Shown: positions 52,140 through 62,658 of the stretch, piece after piece
Layout: the number at the start of each line of letters is the position of its first letter
How positions within the stretch are numbered: position 1 is the stretch's first letter
Virus record (IMG/VR): IMGVR_UViG_3300034101_001021
Coordinates: 1 to 63,400 of that record
DNA length: 63,400 nucleotides
Strand: one strand, 5' to 3'
Origin: a virus
Lineage: Duplodnaviria; Caudoviricetes
Program-made: the position numbers and the translations under genes
The notes under the pieces: generated by a model
What the model was told of the DNA's origin: nothing
Databases searched by the model: none
The model's input: only the letters and a program-made list of their open reading frames with translations

Positions 52140-55100
52140 ATGCAGAGAGCAGTCAACCCCCAAACTGGTGAGGTACTGTTCCTTGTTAATAACCAATGGA
52201 CCGCCCCGTTACAAACCGCGAGGAATCCGGACTCAGGCCAAATGGCCTACTTGGTTAATAACGAGTGGCAGGTCTTAGATCCGTTTAAGCAGGAAGAAAA
52301 AGGATTCCTTGAGTCCGTCTTTGGAGTAACGCCGCAACAGTTTGCTGAAGCGGCCAAGCCAGAGCCTTTCACCAGAGAAGTTCTTGACGTTCCTCTTAAA
52401 ATTGCTGAGGGGACTGTATCAACTACCCGTGCTATTACGGAAGCATTTGGTGCCAACAATGCTGCCGCTCAAAACATTCGTGGCGTAGAAAAGTACCTTG
52501 CTGAACTAGCGTCTGCACAGTCCAAACAGGACTCTCAGGCGATTGCCGCAATCATGAAGGATGCAGAAGACAAGGGGATTGGTGAACAACTTAAAGCCGC
52601 GCTGTCTGCGTTTGCCACAGCGCCAGTTGACTTCCTTGCTCAAGCTGCTGGATCGTCCGTTCCTATCCTGTTGGGCGCCGTTGCTGGTGTACCAGGTTTA
52701 GTTACCACCGCTGGATTGACGGGAGCTGGCGTAGTCAAAGGCACGATATACGACACCGTCAAAGAAGAACTTAAGAAGGCCGGCGCATCAGAGAAGGAAG
52801 CTGAAGAGCGAGCAATGGCTGCTCAAGAATATGGCGGTGAAAACCTTGACATGATTCTTGCCGGCACGGCTCTTGGTGCTGTTGCTGGTAGGACGGGCGT
52901 TGAGAAATACATTCTTGGAAAGATCGCGGCAAAGCAAGCGGCTCAACAAGCTGCTCAAAAGGGCGCTGTTCGTCAGGCGGTAGAAACCGGCGTAACAGAG
53001 GCTGTTCCAGAGGCTATTCAGGCTGGACAGGAACAATTGGCGGCTAACATCGCTGCTCAAAGAGAAGGACTTGATGTACCAACATTCCGAGGCGTAGCTG
53101 GTCAGGCTGCATTAGAAGCTATTGCAGGTGGCGCTCTGGGTGCTGGTATTGGAGCTGCTGGTGAAGCTGGTCCTGCTGCTCCTCCTGTCCCCCCTACCGC
53201 AACCCCACCCGCTGCCGCTGCACCAACGCCTGCTGCACCCCCAACTGCTGCTGCACCACCTACCGTAGTTACTCCTGTAACTCCTACGGGTGCCCCTCCT
53301 GGAACCACTCCGTCTCCAGTGGTACCCATTCCCCCAGGACCAGATCTCCTTGGCGGATATGCAGACGCTGGAAACAACATCGAGGTAAGGATAGCTCCAA
53401 CACCAGATGGAAGGTTCCAGGTCATATACGTAGATGGAAACTCTGGGCAGTCTTCTGATGCCGGTATATTCGATGACTTCGATGGCGCCAACGCAACGGC
53501 TGCAATGCTTGTTGGTGTAAATCCGGCTACCTTTGCTCCGCCGGCAGCGCCAACACCTCCTGCAGCTCCTACTCCACCCACAACGCCGGTTTCAACGACG
53601 CCTACGCCGCCCACGATTCCTGTTGGTACTACGCCAACACCACCAACCGGTGTTCCGCCTACTACTGGATTGACTCCTCCATCCATCCCAACAGGAACAA
53701 CGACAACCGCTGCGGCAGCACCTAAGCGCCCGGCAAAAGAGATTCAGGTAGATATAAACAAGGCACGGCAAGATCTCAGGAAAGCTGAGACAGCGTTTAA
53801 GAACAATCAAGTCGGACAAGAAGCTGTTGACTTTGCAGCGGCACGACTCAGTACGCTTGAGGCAGAGAAGACTACCCTGAAAGCACCAGAGGTTCCTGCT
53901 GAAGTAATGGCACCAGAGGTAGAGGCTGTGCCAGAGTTACCAGCGAAAGGCCCCAAGACCGCCTTTGAAGAGAAGATGTTTGGCAAAGAACCAATCTTGT
54001 CTGAAGAAGAGCTGGTAGCACGAAAAGACATTAGTGAGAAACAGAGGGCACTCAATGCCCAGTACAACCGTATTAAGGGAACTAAGGGATTTAGTAACCT
54101 TGCTGATTTTTTGTCTGGCCGGGCAGCTCAACCAGCAAAAGTCGAGGGTGCGGATCGCCCATTACCAGATGGGATGCTCGTTCTTGACGAGGATCTAAAG
54201 CGTATCGACTTTGGCTTGGGCAAAGGGGCGACCCTCAAGCGCAATAATTTGGTTAGCAAGACAGGGCGCGGAAGACCGTTACAGCAATTGATTGAAGACG
54301 AACAACTTAACGACTTCCTGCCTGATGATCTAAAGATCTTCGTTCGCGCAGAAGATGTTTACGATCCCAACGAATTTGCGAAGGTTCGCAATGCTGTCGA
54401 TTACATCATCGAGCGCTTTGAGAACAATGACTTCTTGACCGAAGACGACAAGATGGCGTTGCGGTTAATAGACGAAGACATTCAAAAACTATCTCAGGAG
54501 ATGACCCTTGAACAAGTCAATGCCAGACTCGCAGAAATCGCAGCAGAAGAACGCGCTGGAGAGGTTGAAGCAATTGCCCCTCCAGTCTCAGAAGAGGGTG
54601 TTAGAGGAGCTGCGCCGACAACTGTCAGAGAATCTTCCCCAGAAGAGCGAAGACAAGCAGACCTAGAGCGGGATCTATTCCGTCTTACGCCACCGGCTGT
54701 ACCAGAGCGCACCACCCCTCCTGGAGCACAGAGAGATCTGTTTGGTGCCGCTGGATATACCCCCGAAAATGTAACTAAAAGGAAGAAAGAAAATGCCCAA
54801 CAACTCTCTCTCTTCGATCAAAGCCCACTCCCGCCAAATGAAGACAATAAAGCCGGAGCTGATGCTAGACGGGAAGCCGTGTCCACCGTGGATGCTTTAC
54901 AGTCCACCGACACCCCTCTCGCTCTTGCCATGTCAACAGACTACGCAAGACGGCAACGCGTCAGCCTCGTTGGACAAACGCTAACAGGATACGATGATTT
55001 AGCTGTTCTCTCTCAAGTCTATCGGCATCCTAGATTTGAGACGTTCCGAATGTTTTTTGTAAACGACAAGGGAGAGGTCGTATCTCAATTGGGTGTATCT

Positions 55101-58100
55101 AGTAGGCTACCTGCAAGTGCTGTTGCTATTGTTGGTGACGATAGTGTGGCGTACATGAAAAAAGTGCAAGACGCTGCTGTAAAAGGCGGTGCCACAGGCG
55201 TATGGATGTTGCACAATCATCCAAGTGGAAACGTTGAGGTAAGTCAAGCCGATAAAAATTTGACAAAAGCCTTTACTGAGAACTTTGATAAGCTGGCATA
55301 TAAGGGCCACATAGTTATAGATACGAACAAGTATTCTTTAATTACCCCTGAAGGTGATGTTAAAACTCTGTCCAAGGATATGGGGCAAAAAGATTTAGTA
55401 AAAGTTGCGCCATTTACCGCTTCAGAGATCTTTAATCCCATTGAAATGGCACAGCGTGTAGATCAAAATCCAAGTTCAATGGTTGTTGTTGCTATAAATA
55501 ACTCGGCAAAAGTCACGGGTATTACAACAATCAGTAATGATTTTTTTGAAGGCAAAACTAGAGATCAAGCTAGAAGAGCTTTGTATAAGCTATCAATTGC
55601 AAACATAGGTGGTCGTTTAGCTGTCGCCTCAAGAGATGCAAAAGCTCTGGATAAAGTTGCGCCCATGGTTGAAGACGGTATCTTGATTCAGCCAGATGGT
55701 AGTTACAAACGTTTTTCTTCAATGTACACCTTTAGAACTAAGTTTCTATTTCCAGATGAAAGACCGGGAGTTGTAACACCAGATACGTCTAAGCTATTTG
55801 ATTTCTTGCGTGTGCCTAAAGTGCCTAGAACCGACGGTCCTGGAGTTTATCGTTGGAGCGATGCACGTAAGTTGATGGAACAACAAGTAACCATCAAAGT
55901 CCAAGAACCTCAAGAAGACCTATTTGGCGATGATGCTAAGACTCTTAACCAGATAAACGAAGAGCTTCCCAAGGCTAAGAAGAAGCTACCTCCTGGGCGT
56001 TCACCTGAGCTTGCTGCCATGGCTGAGCAGCTCCAGGCTGGCCTGCTTACCAAAGAGGAGTACGACGCAGCGGTCAACAAGTATCGTCCTATCCCTGTTT
56101 ATACAGAGCCGCTTGTTCCTGCGACCGATGAACAGGTAGTCAATGCCCTGTCCTCAGACAAGAAGCCCAAAGCAAACGTATCTATCCCTGATGGAACCAA
56201 GGTTGGTCTGCGCCTAGATATACCAGCCTGGAACAACCACAAGACGTTTGTTGTATCCATACATGAGGGCCGGCCTAAACCAACGTCGGCAAAGCCTGGT
56301 TTAGCCATTGGATACCGCAGCGTAGCGATGGTAAAGAATGTTACGTTTGCTCTGAGCAATCAAGCCAAGGCCCTAGAGATTGCCGCTGGCCAGGCCAAGG
56401 ACGCCCTTCAGACTATGGAAGGGGAGTACGTCAACGTATCTCCAGCCGAAGCCTATCAGATGGCGCAGCAGGCTATCAAAGATCCACGGTATGTCCAGTT
56501 AGGTTTTGATCCGACGAGACACGCCTACTTCTTTGATAGGGCTACTACCCTCCCAGTGGTAAAGGCCGATGCGGTTCTCCAGATCGGTAACATGATCTTG
56601 GCCCGTGGCGTTGAGTATGGTTCCAAGCAGAACTTCCTCTACAACATTGATGCTACTGCGCCTGTAACAGAGGTTGAAGTTGATGCTGGACGTATTACAT
56701 CAAGAGACGAACAGATTGCTGAGTACACCCGCCTCCGTGCAAAGCGCAGCCAGCTAGTCAAAGAATACGTAGCCCAGGGTCCAAGCATTGAATTGCAGCG
56801 CAACATTGCTCTTACAGATGAGCTTGCAAAGCAGCTCAAAGAAGACATTGATGCGTCAGCTGAACCCTCCCGTAGCCCTGAGAACTTCCTGCGTCGTGCT
56901 CTTGATGCCTATGAGAAGGGTGATCTCAGCCCAGAAGTGTTAGCGACTATCCGTGATGCGTATGTTAAGACGCCGTGGACTCTCAATGGCCTTCGTCTAT
57001 CTGTCAGGAAACCGAAGGAAGACAAGTCTTCAGGAAACTTCCAGCCATTTGCTAGGGTAGTCACGCTATGGAATGGAACGTCTGGGATTGAAGATCCTTC
57101 TACTGTCCGGCATGAAATCATGCACTCGCTTGAACAGATGATGACTGCCGATCAGAGAAAAGTAGTGATTGACTCTTGGCAAGATGCTTTGAAAGCTGCT
57201 GTCAAAAAAAGCACAGACGCGCAGTCACTGTTGTTTTTTGAAAATGTTTTAAAGTTTTTAGACACGCCTAGCGATTCGTCCTTTGCTGCGACTGTTCAGT
57301 CCATGCCGTCGTATGACTTCTATCAGTATCTGAGTCCATCAGAATATTGGGCGGTAAACGCTGAAAAACTCTTTGCTGCCAAGCTAGGGACTCAGTGGGA
57401 GCGGTTTAAGTCTGCGGTTCGTAAGCTCGTTGAGTCCATGAAGAAGGTCTTTGGATTCGATAATCGTCTTGGCGTACACAAAGTCTTTGATCGTCTGATG
57501 AAAGATCAGCCAGAGCGGATGGGCTACCCGATGCTTGTAGACTTCGTTACGTCTACTGGTGCTCGGGCAATGGTTCCTCAGAATGTCAGCAAGAATATCT
57601 TTGGCCAGCCGATGCCTAAAGCGTCATGGGGATCTCCTGATGATTCAAAGATTGACGACATCCTCTACGTTCTCCAAGACAAGAACATTGATACAAAGCG
57701 TGTTGTTCAAAAGATTACGGCGCAACGTAAGAGCCTGATTGATTCCTGGAACCCGTATCTCCAAGAGGAGCTGTATCACGGCAGGACGGCTAAACAGACA
57801 GAAGACTTCTTGAAGGATGAGCTTGAGCCATTGATGAAGGCGCTGCGTGATCGCAATCTAACCATGGATCAGGTAGAAGAGTACCTACAGAATCGCCATG
57901 CTGAAGAGCGCAATATCCAAAATGCCAAGCGTGATCCGACCATGCCTGACGGTGGATCTGGAATCCTCACGGCAGACGCTCAAGCCTATCTAGCAGCCCT
58001 TACCCCAAAGCAGAAAAAAGACTTTGACGACATCGCCAAGATGGTTGACGACATTGTTAGGGGGACGCAAGACCTTATTGTTTCAAGCGGCCAAGAGAAG

Positions 58101-60341
58101 CAAGAAGTAATTGATAACTGGAACAAGGCTTACAAGCACTATGTTCCCTTGAATCGTGAGGAAGCTGACTACGATGTTAAGAACGTTGGTGTCGGCGTAG
58201 GGTCTGGTTTTGCTATCAAGGGGCCGTTTAGCAGGGCGTCAGTAGGTTCTGGACGCAAGGTTGTGGACATCCTGGCCAACGTTGCTATGCAGCGTGAGCG
58301 GGCTATCATCCGGGCAGAAAAGCTCCGTGTGGCTAAAGCTACCTATGCTCTGGCAGTGACTAATCCCAACCCTGGATTCTGGTTGCCATACGATCCTTAC
58401 ATCAAGAAAGACCCGCAGCAGCTTGTCAATGATCTTATCTCAATGGGGATCAACCCGTCTGACGCACAGAACATTGCTGACACGCCGACTCGTAGAGAGG
58501 TTGATAAGGCAACCAACACTGTCAAAGAGATACCGAATGAACGGTTGATCACGGGCGCATTGTCGTTACCTATCCGTATTAACGGGGAAGAGAAGTTCTT
58601 AATCTTTAACTCCAACGATCCTCGGGCAGTGCGGATGGTGGAGTCGTTGAAGAACCTGGACGTTGATCAGCTTAGTAAAGCGCTAAGCATTTCTCAGGCG
58701 TTTACTCAATACTTCGCTAAGATCAACACACAGTACAACCCGATCTTCGGCGGAATCAACTTCCTGCGCGACGTTCAAGGTGCGATGTTACAGCTCAGCA
58801 CTACTCCTATTGCTGGTAAGCAGAAGCAAGTTCTTGCTGGTGTTATGCCTGCGCTCAGAGGTATATATGGGGAAGAGCGAGCGAGACGCAAAGGACAACC
58901 CTCTACAAATCGTCCCTGGGCACAGCTCTGGGAAGAGTTCCAGAAAGAGGGTGCACAGACCGGCTTTAGAGATATGTTTAGCCGTAGTCAAGAGCGGGCA
59001 GAGGCGCTGCAACGAATCCTCGATCCCTCATCTTGGACAAAGAGCAAACTTGGGAAAGTATTTACAGCAGGCGGGACGCTCAAGGTACCAGCAGAGATGG
59101 CCCGTAAAGCAGCCACCCCAGTCTTTGATTGGCTGTCTGACTACAACCAAACGATGGAGAACGCGGTTCGTCTTGCTGCGTATAAGGTAGCGCTTGATCA
59201 GGGAATGACGAAGCAGCAGGCAGCATCGGTCGCCAAGAACCTTACGGTGAACTTTAACCGCAAGGGGCAGATTGGCCGGCAGATGGGCGCCCTGTATGCG
59301 TTCTTCAATGCTTCTGTCCAGGGTACAACCCGGATGTATGAAACTTTGAAAGGTCCGGCTGGGAAAACAATTATTGGGGGAGGACTTATCCTTGGTGCGC
59401 TTCAAGCCATGGCACTTGCGGCGGCAGGATTTGATGAAGATGAACCACCTGAGTTCATAAAAGAGCGGAACATTGTTCTGCCGACTGGCGGATCAAAGTA
59501 CATCACCATTCCAATGCCGTTGGGATACAACGTTATTCCTAACACCAGCCGTATCGTTACAGAGTGGGCGCTTTCTGGGTTTAAAGATACGCCCAAACGG
59601 ATCGGCAGCATCCTCTCGGCGACGCTGGATATGTTCAACCCGCTTGGCAATGCTGGGTGGTCGGCTCAAACGATAACGCCTACCGTCTTAGATCCTGTTA
59701 TTGCTCTTACGGAGAACGTGGATTGGACTGGTAAGCCAATTGCAAAAGAAGACATCTCTGGGCTTGACCCTACGCCTGGGTATACACGGGCTAGAGAGAC
59801 GGCCAGCATCGTTGGAAAAGGCCTGTCCGAGTTCCTGAACTACGCCTCGGGTGGAACAAAGTACACCCCTGGAGGGATTAGCCCAACCCCAGATCAGATC
59901 GACTACCTGATAGGACAGTTCACTGGTGGTGTTGGCCGGGAGGTTATGAAAGTTGAACAGACTCTTCGTAGCCAGGTTACAGGCGAAGATCTGCCGATTT
60001 ACAAAGTGCCCCTAATCGGGCGCTTCGTTGGCGACACCCAAGGTCTTGCTGCCGAACGTAACCGCTTTTACAACAACATCATGCAGCTCAATAAGCATGA
60101 GCGGGAGATCAAAGGTAGGCGCGAGAACCGGGAGAACGTCCAGGAGTATCTGATGGACAATCCTGACGCCAGGCTCTTCTCTTACGCTAATCAAGTCGAG
60201 CGTAACCTTCAAGCCCTACGTAAGCGCCGGGATGCTCTGTTAGAGAGGGATGCCCCGAAGGAGCAGGTCAAGGCGGTTGAGAACCAGATCGCTGTTCAAA
60301 TGAAGCGGTTCAACGACAGGGTGGCAAACGCTCAGAAGTAA
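52140..60341 (+). CDS. Giant polyvalent ejection protein (JAB/RadC-like, zincin HExxH, LPD38-like C-terminus)
   Basis: HNHPSG...S.AD...HIVI at about 55212; RHEIMH...EYWA at about 57111; ENAVRL, NLTVNFNRKG, LY.FFNA.VQG. Confidence 0.85.
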   Translation: MQRAVNPQTGEVLFLVNNQWTAPLQTARNPDSGQMAYLVNNEWQVLDPFKQEEKGFLESVFGVTPQQFAEAAKPEPFTREVLDVPLKIAEGTVSTTRAITEAFGANNAAAQNIRGVEKYLAELASAQSKQDSQAIAAIMKDAEDKGIGEQLKAALSAFATAPVDFLAQAAGSSVPILLGAVAGVPGLVTTAGLTGAGVVKGTIYDTVKEELKKAGASEKEAEERAMAAQEYGGENLDMILAGTALGAVAGRTGVEKYILGKIAAKQAAQQAAQKGAVRQAVETGVTEAVPEAIQAGQEQLAANIAAQREGLDVPTFRGVAGQAALEAIAGGALGAGIGAAGEAGPAAPPVPPTATPPAAAAPTPAAPPTAAAPPTVVTPVTPTGAPPGTTPSPVVPIPPGPDLLGGYADAGNNIEVRIAPTPDGRFQVIYVDGNSGQSSDAGIFDDFDGANATAAMLVGVNPATFAPPAAPTPPAAPTPPTTPVSTTPTPPTIPVGTTPTPPTGVPPTTGLTPPSIPTGTTTTAAAAPKRPAKEIQVDINKARQDLRKAETAFKNNQVGQEAVDFAAARLSTLEAEKTTLKAPEVPAEVMAPEVEAVPELPAKGPKTAFEEKMFGKEPILSEEELVARKDISEKQRALNAQYNRIKGTKGFSNLADFLSGRAAQPAKVEGADRPLPDGMLVLDEDLKRIDFGLGKGATLKRNNLVSKTGRGRPLQQLIEDEQLNDFLPDDLKIFVRAEDVYDPNEFAKVRNAVDYIIERFENNDFLTEDDKMALRLIDEDIQKLSQEMTLEQVNARLAEIAAEERAGEVEAIAPPVSEEGVRGAAPTTVRESSPEERRQADLERDLFRLTPPAVPERTTPPGAQRDLFGAAGYTPENVTKRKKENAQQLSLFDQSPLPPNEDNKAGADARREAVSTVDALQSTDTPLALAMSTDYARRQRVSLVGQTLTGYDDLAVLSQVYRHPRFETFRMFFVNDKGEVVSQLGVSSRLPASAVAIVGDDSVAYMKKVQDAAVKGGATGVWMLHNHPSGNVEVSQADKNLTKAFTENFDKLAYKGHIVIDTNKYSLITPEGDVKTLSKDMGQKDLVKVAPFTASEIFNPIEMAQRVDQNPSSMVVVAINNSAKVTGITTISNDFFEGKTRDQARRALYKLSIANIGGRLAVASRDAKALDKVAPMVEDGILIQPDGSYKRFSSMYTFRTKFLFPDERPGVVTPDTSKLFDFLRVPKVPRTDGPGVYRWSDARKLMEQQVTIKVQEPQEDLFGDDAKTLNQINEELPKAKKKLPPGRSPELAAMAEQLQAGLLTKEEYDAAVNKYRPIPVYTEPLVPATDEQVVNALSSDKKPKANVSIPDGTKVGLRLDIPAWNNHKTFVVSIHEGRPKPTSAKPGLAIGYRSVAMVKNVTFALSNQAKALEIAAGQAKDALQTMEGEYVNVSPAEAYQMAQQAIKDPRYVQLGFDPTRHAYFFDRATTLPVVKADAVLQIGNMILARGVEYGSKQNFLYNIDATAPVTEVEVDAGRITSRDEQIAEYTRLRAKRSQLVKEYVAQGPSIELQRNIALTDELAKQLKEDIDASAEPSRSPENFLRRALDAYEKGDLSPEVLATIRDAYVKTPWTLNGLRLSVRKPKEDKSSGNFQPFARVVTLWNGTSGIEDPSTVRHEIMHSLEQMMTADQRKVVIDSWQDALKAAVKKSTDAQSLLFFENVLKFLDTPSDSSFAATVQSMPSYDFYQYLSPSEYWAVNAEKLFAAKLGTQWERFKSAVRKLVESMKKVFGFDNRLGVHKVFDRLMKDQPERMGYPMLVDFVTSTGARAMVPQNVSKNIFGQPMPKASWGSPDDSKIDDILYVLQDKNIDTKRVVQKITAQRKSLIDSWNPYLQEELYHGRTAKQTEDFLKDELEPLMKALRDRNLTMDQVEEYLQNRHAEERNIQNAKRDPTMPDGGSGILTADAQAYLAALTPKQKKDFDDIAKMVDDIVRGTQDLIVSSGQEKQEVIDNWNKAYKHYVPLNREEADYDVKNVGVGVGSGFAIKGPFSRASVGSGRKVVDILANVAMQRERAIIRAEKLRVAKATYALAVTNPNPGFWLPYDPYIKKDPQQLVNDLISMGINPSDAQNIADTPTRREVDKATNTVKEIPNERLITGALSLPIRINGEEKFLIFNSNDPRAVRMVESLKNLDVDQLSKALSISQAFTQYFAKINTQYNPIFGGINFLRDVQGAMLQLSTTPIAGKQKQVLAGVMPALRGIYGEERARRKGQPSTNRPWAQLWEEFQKEGAQTGFRDMFSRSQERAEALQRILDPSSWTKSKLGKVFTAGGTLKVPAEMARKAATPVFDWLSDYNQTMENAVRLAAYKVALDQGMTKQQAASVAKNLTVNFNRKGQIGRQMGALYAFFNASVQGTTRMYETLKGPAGKTIIGGGLILGALQAMALAAAGFDEDEPPEFIKERNIVLPTGGSKYITIPMPLGYNVIPNTSRIVTEWALSGFKDTPKRIGSILSATLDMFNPLGNAGWSAQTITPTVLDPVIALTENVDWTGKPIAKEDISGLDPTPGYTRARETASIVGKGLSEFLNYASGGTKYTPGGISPTPDQIDYLIGQFTGGVGREVMKVEQTLRSQVTGEDLPIYKVPLIGRFVGDTQGLAAERNRFYNNIMQLNKHEREIKGRRENRENVQEYLMDNPDARLFSYANQVERNLQALRKRRDALLERDAPKEQVKAVENQIAVQMKRFNDRVANAQK

Positions 60342-60781
60342 GCTCTCCGTAGCCACTCAGCTAGGAGAAGGGCCTCTGCCCTGCCGTTATCCTTCACTCT
60401 CTCAAGAGGAGAGTCTGGCCATAACTCTCGGGCCAAGACCAGGCTGTCCTTCTTGTCTGCCGTCAGTCCCATGTCCTTCTTCCAGACCCTGGGTGGAACA
60501 AGTTCAAACTGAGAGAACCGCGTTGCGATTGCAAGAGCAGCGCCATAGGCCATCCCAAACTTGAAGGAGCTTGATACACCCTGCTTCGGCATAGCATGTA
60601 CGGCCTCCACCACCACCATCACATCGTCTAATTGCCTGGCCTGCATGATGTCTCGGGACACTTGGTTGGTGTCTATCCAGCGGTCGTTATGCTTCATATC
60701 CCCGCAGGCAACGAAGTCCCCATGGTGATTTACAAGGCCCCATGCACCGGTGAATCCAGGGTCAATTCCAAGGTAGACCAT
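60332..60781 (-). CDS. ruvC: RuvC-like Holliday junction resolvase
   Basis: GIDPG..GA, E.VHAMP.QGV.S.F.FG, P..WKK, GRAEALL. Confidence 0.88.
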   Translation of the reverse strand: MVYLGIDPGFTGAWGLVNHHGDFVACGDMKHNDRWIDTNQVSRDIMQARQLDDVMVVVEAVHAMPKQGVSSSFKFGMAYGAALAIATRFSQFELVPPRVWKKDMGLTADKKDSLVLARELWPDSPLERVKDNGRAEALLLAEWLRRAYF

Positions 60782-60795
60782 AATTTTTCCTTATA

Positions 60796-60833
60796 AATCA
60801 ATATGTTGTACTGTAACATAATGTTACAGTACA
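60796..60833. promoter_or_regulatory. IHF-consensus box abutting a perfect 27-bp palindrome
   Basis: AATCAA-TATG-TTG (60796-808); TGTACTGTAACAT-A-ATGTTACAGTACA (60807-833). Confidence 0.7.
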
Positions 60834-60861
60834 GACGGACAGAAATATTTTTGGAACTTAG

Positions 60862-60890
60862 TTGCTATATGCACGATCAGAAGCTAGTAT
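60862..60890 (+). promoter_or_regulatory. sigma70 promoter of the recombination operon
   Basis: TTGCTA-17 bp-TAGTAT. Confidence 0.55.
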
Positions 60891-60921
60891 ATTGCATAGG
60901 AACAATATAACAGGAGAGAAC

Positions 60922-61821
60922 ATGAAGCTAACGAACAAACACAACATACCAGAGACGTTCCTCAATGTCTTGAAGCGCCCGACTTATTCAAAAGGTAAAG
61001 CCCATCTCTCGGCTACGCAGCTACTCAATAGCCCGAAGATTGTGGCTCTGACCAAGAAGTTTGAGGACGAGCTAGAGACGGATGTTGCTGACATGGTATG
61101 GAGTATCTTTGGTACAGCCGTTCATGGCGTACTGGAGCATGGCAAGGCAGACAACCATATCGTCGAGGAGCGGCTACACGCTACCTTGGAGGGCTGGCGT
61201 ATCTCTGGGGCCGTAGACTTACAGATCTTAGATGAGATGGGTGGGATCGCCATACGGGACTACAAAACCACCTCGGCATGGGCGGTGATGAACGAGAAGA
61301 TAGACTGGGAGAATCAGTTAAACATCTACGCTTGGTTGGTCGAGACTGCCAAGCATGACCATCATGTGAGCAACCTAGGCATCGTGGCCATTATCCGGGA
61401 CTGGTCGCGGCGGGAGGCAACAAGGAACCCAGACTACCCCCAGGCGCCCATCAAAGAGATTCCTATCAAGCTATGGCCCTATCAGGATCGAGAGGAGTAC
61501 ATAGCCAGGCGGTTGTCCCTGCACTCAGCCTGTGAGTTTGCTATGGAGACGGATGAGGATCTGCCCCCATGCACCCCTGATGAGATGTGGGAGCGGCCTA
61601 CAACCTACGCTATCAAGAAGAAGGGTGGCGTCCGGGCTATCAAGGTATATGAAGTCAAGGAGGAAGCGGAAGCTGCGCTTGATCCCAAGACGCAAGAGTT
61701 GGAGGTCCGTCCGGGCAGTCGGACCCGTTGTGAATCATTCTGCCCAGTCAACACGTACTGCCAGCAATGGCGGGACTATCAGGAGAGCATCAATGGAAAC
61801 AAGACAGGAACTGCTGCTTAA
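60922..61821 (+). CDS. PD-(D/E)XK (Cas4/RecB-like) exonuclease
   Basis: LSAT, GTAVH..LE, E.R, SG..D, DYKT, QLN.Y, C-terminal RC..FC.V..YC. Confidence 0.88.
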   Translation: MKLTNKHNIPETFLNVLKRPTYSKGKAHLSATQLLNSPKIVALTKKFEDELETDVADMVWSIFGTAVHGVLEHGKADNHIVEERLHATLEGWRISGAVDLQILDEMGGIAIRDYKTTSAWAVMNEKIDWENQLNIYAWLVETAKHDHHVSNLGIVAIIRDWSRREATRNPDYPQAPIKEIPIKLWPYQDREEYIARRLSLHSACEFAMETDEDLPPCTPDEMWERPTTYAIKKKGGVRAIKVYEVKEEAEAALDPKTQELEVRPGSRTRCESFCPVNTYCQQWRDYQESINGNKTGTAA

Positions 61822-61945
61822 GTTCATGTTGGCCTTGGCGTCTAACGCTGAGGTCATGGATTGGCTAGGCGATCCAGAGTTCACAAAAGATCTAGCGAAC
61901 TGCGCTGCGGCGTTGGTTGATGAATACTACAAAAGGATTTCTTGA
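61793..61945 (+). CDS. Small hypothetical protein
   Basis: AGGAGAG RBS; METRQELLLKFMLALASN. Confidence 0.6.
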   Translation: METRQELLLKFMLALASNAEVMDWLGDPEFTKDLANCAAALVDEYYKRIS

Positions 61946-62658
61946 TGACTGTCTACGCAAAACTACAACAAGCCCGCATCAAATTGCAGGGTCGCAAACT
62001 TACCAAGTCAGGGAAGAACAAGTTTGCAGGGTACGAATACTTTGAACTGGGAGACTTCCTTCCTGCCATCCAGGAGATCTGTAACGAAGTGGGGCTTTGT
62101 GGGGTGGTGACTTACACCGGGACAAACGCCTTCCTGAACATCTATGACACGACCAACAGCGAGTGCGTAGTCTTTAGTTCCCCCATGTCTTCGGCTGAAC
62201 TGAAGGGCTGTCATGCCGTCCAGAACCTGGGGGCCGTACAGACTTACCTCCGTCGGTATCTTTGGACGAACGCCTTTGAGATCGTCGAGCATGACGCCCT
62301 GGATGCCACGACAGGGGTGGAAGTTAAACCTACTCCCAAGCCAACACCTAAGCCTGAGCCAAAGGTCGAGCCCAAGGCAGAAGTCAAAGAGGCGCCCAAG
62401 AAGATCGTAGGCAGGGAGGGTGCCTGGCAGATCATTGCACCGGCTGAACCAGAGGGAGATCCTGATGAGTGGCTGGAGTTGGTTAAGAGAGCCTCTCATA
62501 TCGCCTTAGAAGCGGCTGGTTCGCAAGATGATGTCATGTCTATCTACCGCAATAACAAGACGCTCTTTGAGGTTGTGAAGAACGTTGACGCGGTGTTCCA
62601 CAAAGATTTGATGGCAGTCTTTACCAATGCTAAGAACAAGTTTCAGGAGGCAGCATGA
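61945..62658 (+). CDS. erf: ERF-family single-strand annealing protein
   Basis: K.G.NKF..Y.Y..L.D, Q.LG...TY.RRY.....F.I.E.D. Confidence 0.85.
   Translation: MTVYAKLQQARIKLQGRKLTKSGKNKFAGYEYFELGDFLPAIQEICNEVGLCGVVTYTGTNAFLNIYDTTNSECVVFSSPMSSAELKGCHAVQNLGAVQTYLRRYLWTNAFEIVEHDALDATTGVEVKPTPKPTPKPEPKVEPKAEVKEAPKKIVGREGAWQIIAPAEPEGDPDEWLELVKRASHIALEAAGSQDDVMSIYRNNKTLFEVVKNVDAVFHKDLMAVFTNAKNKFQEAA

Noticed and set aside
22515-53686. Long minus-strand ORFs within structural genes (22515, 33662, 41285, 53102)
   Set aside because: Mirror-frame artefacts of biased codon use in G/T/A/P-rich genes; no RBS or motifs
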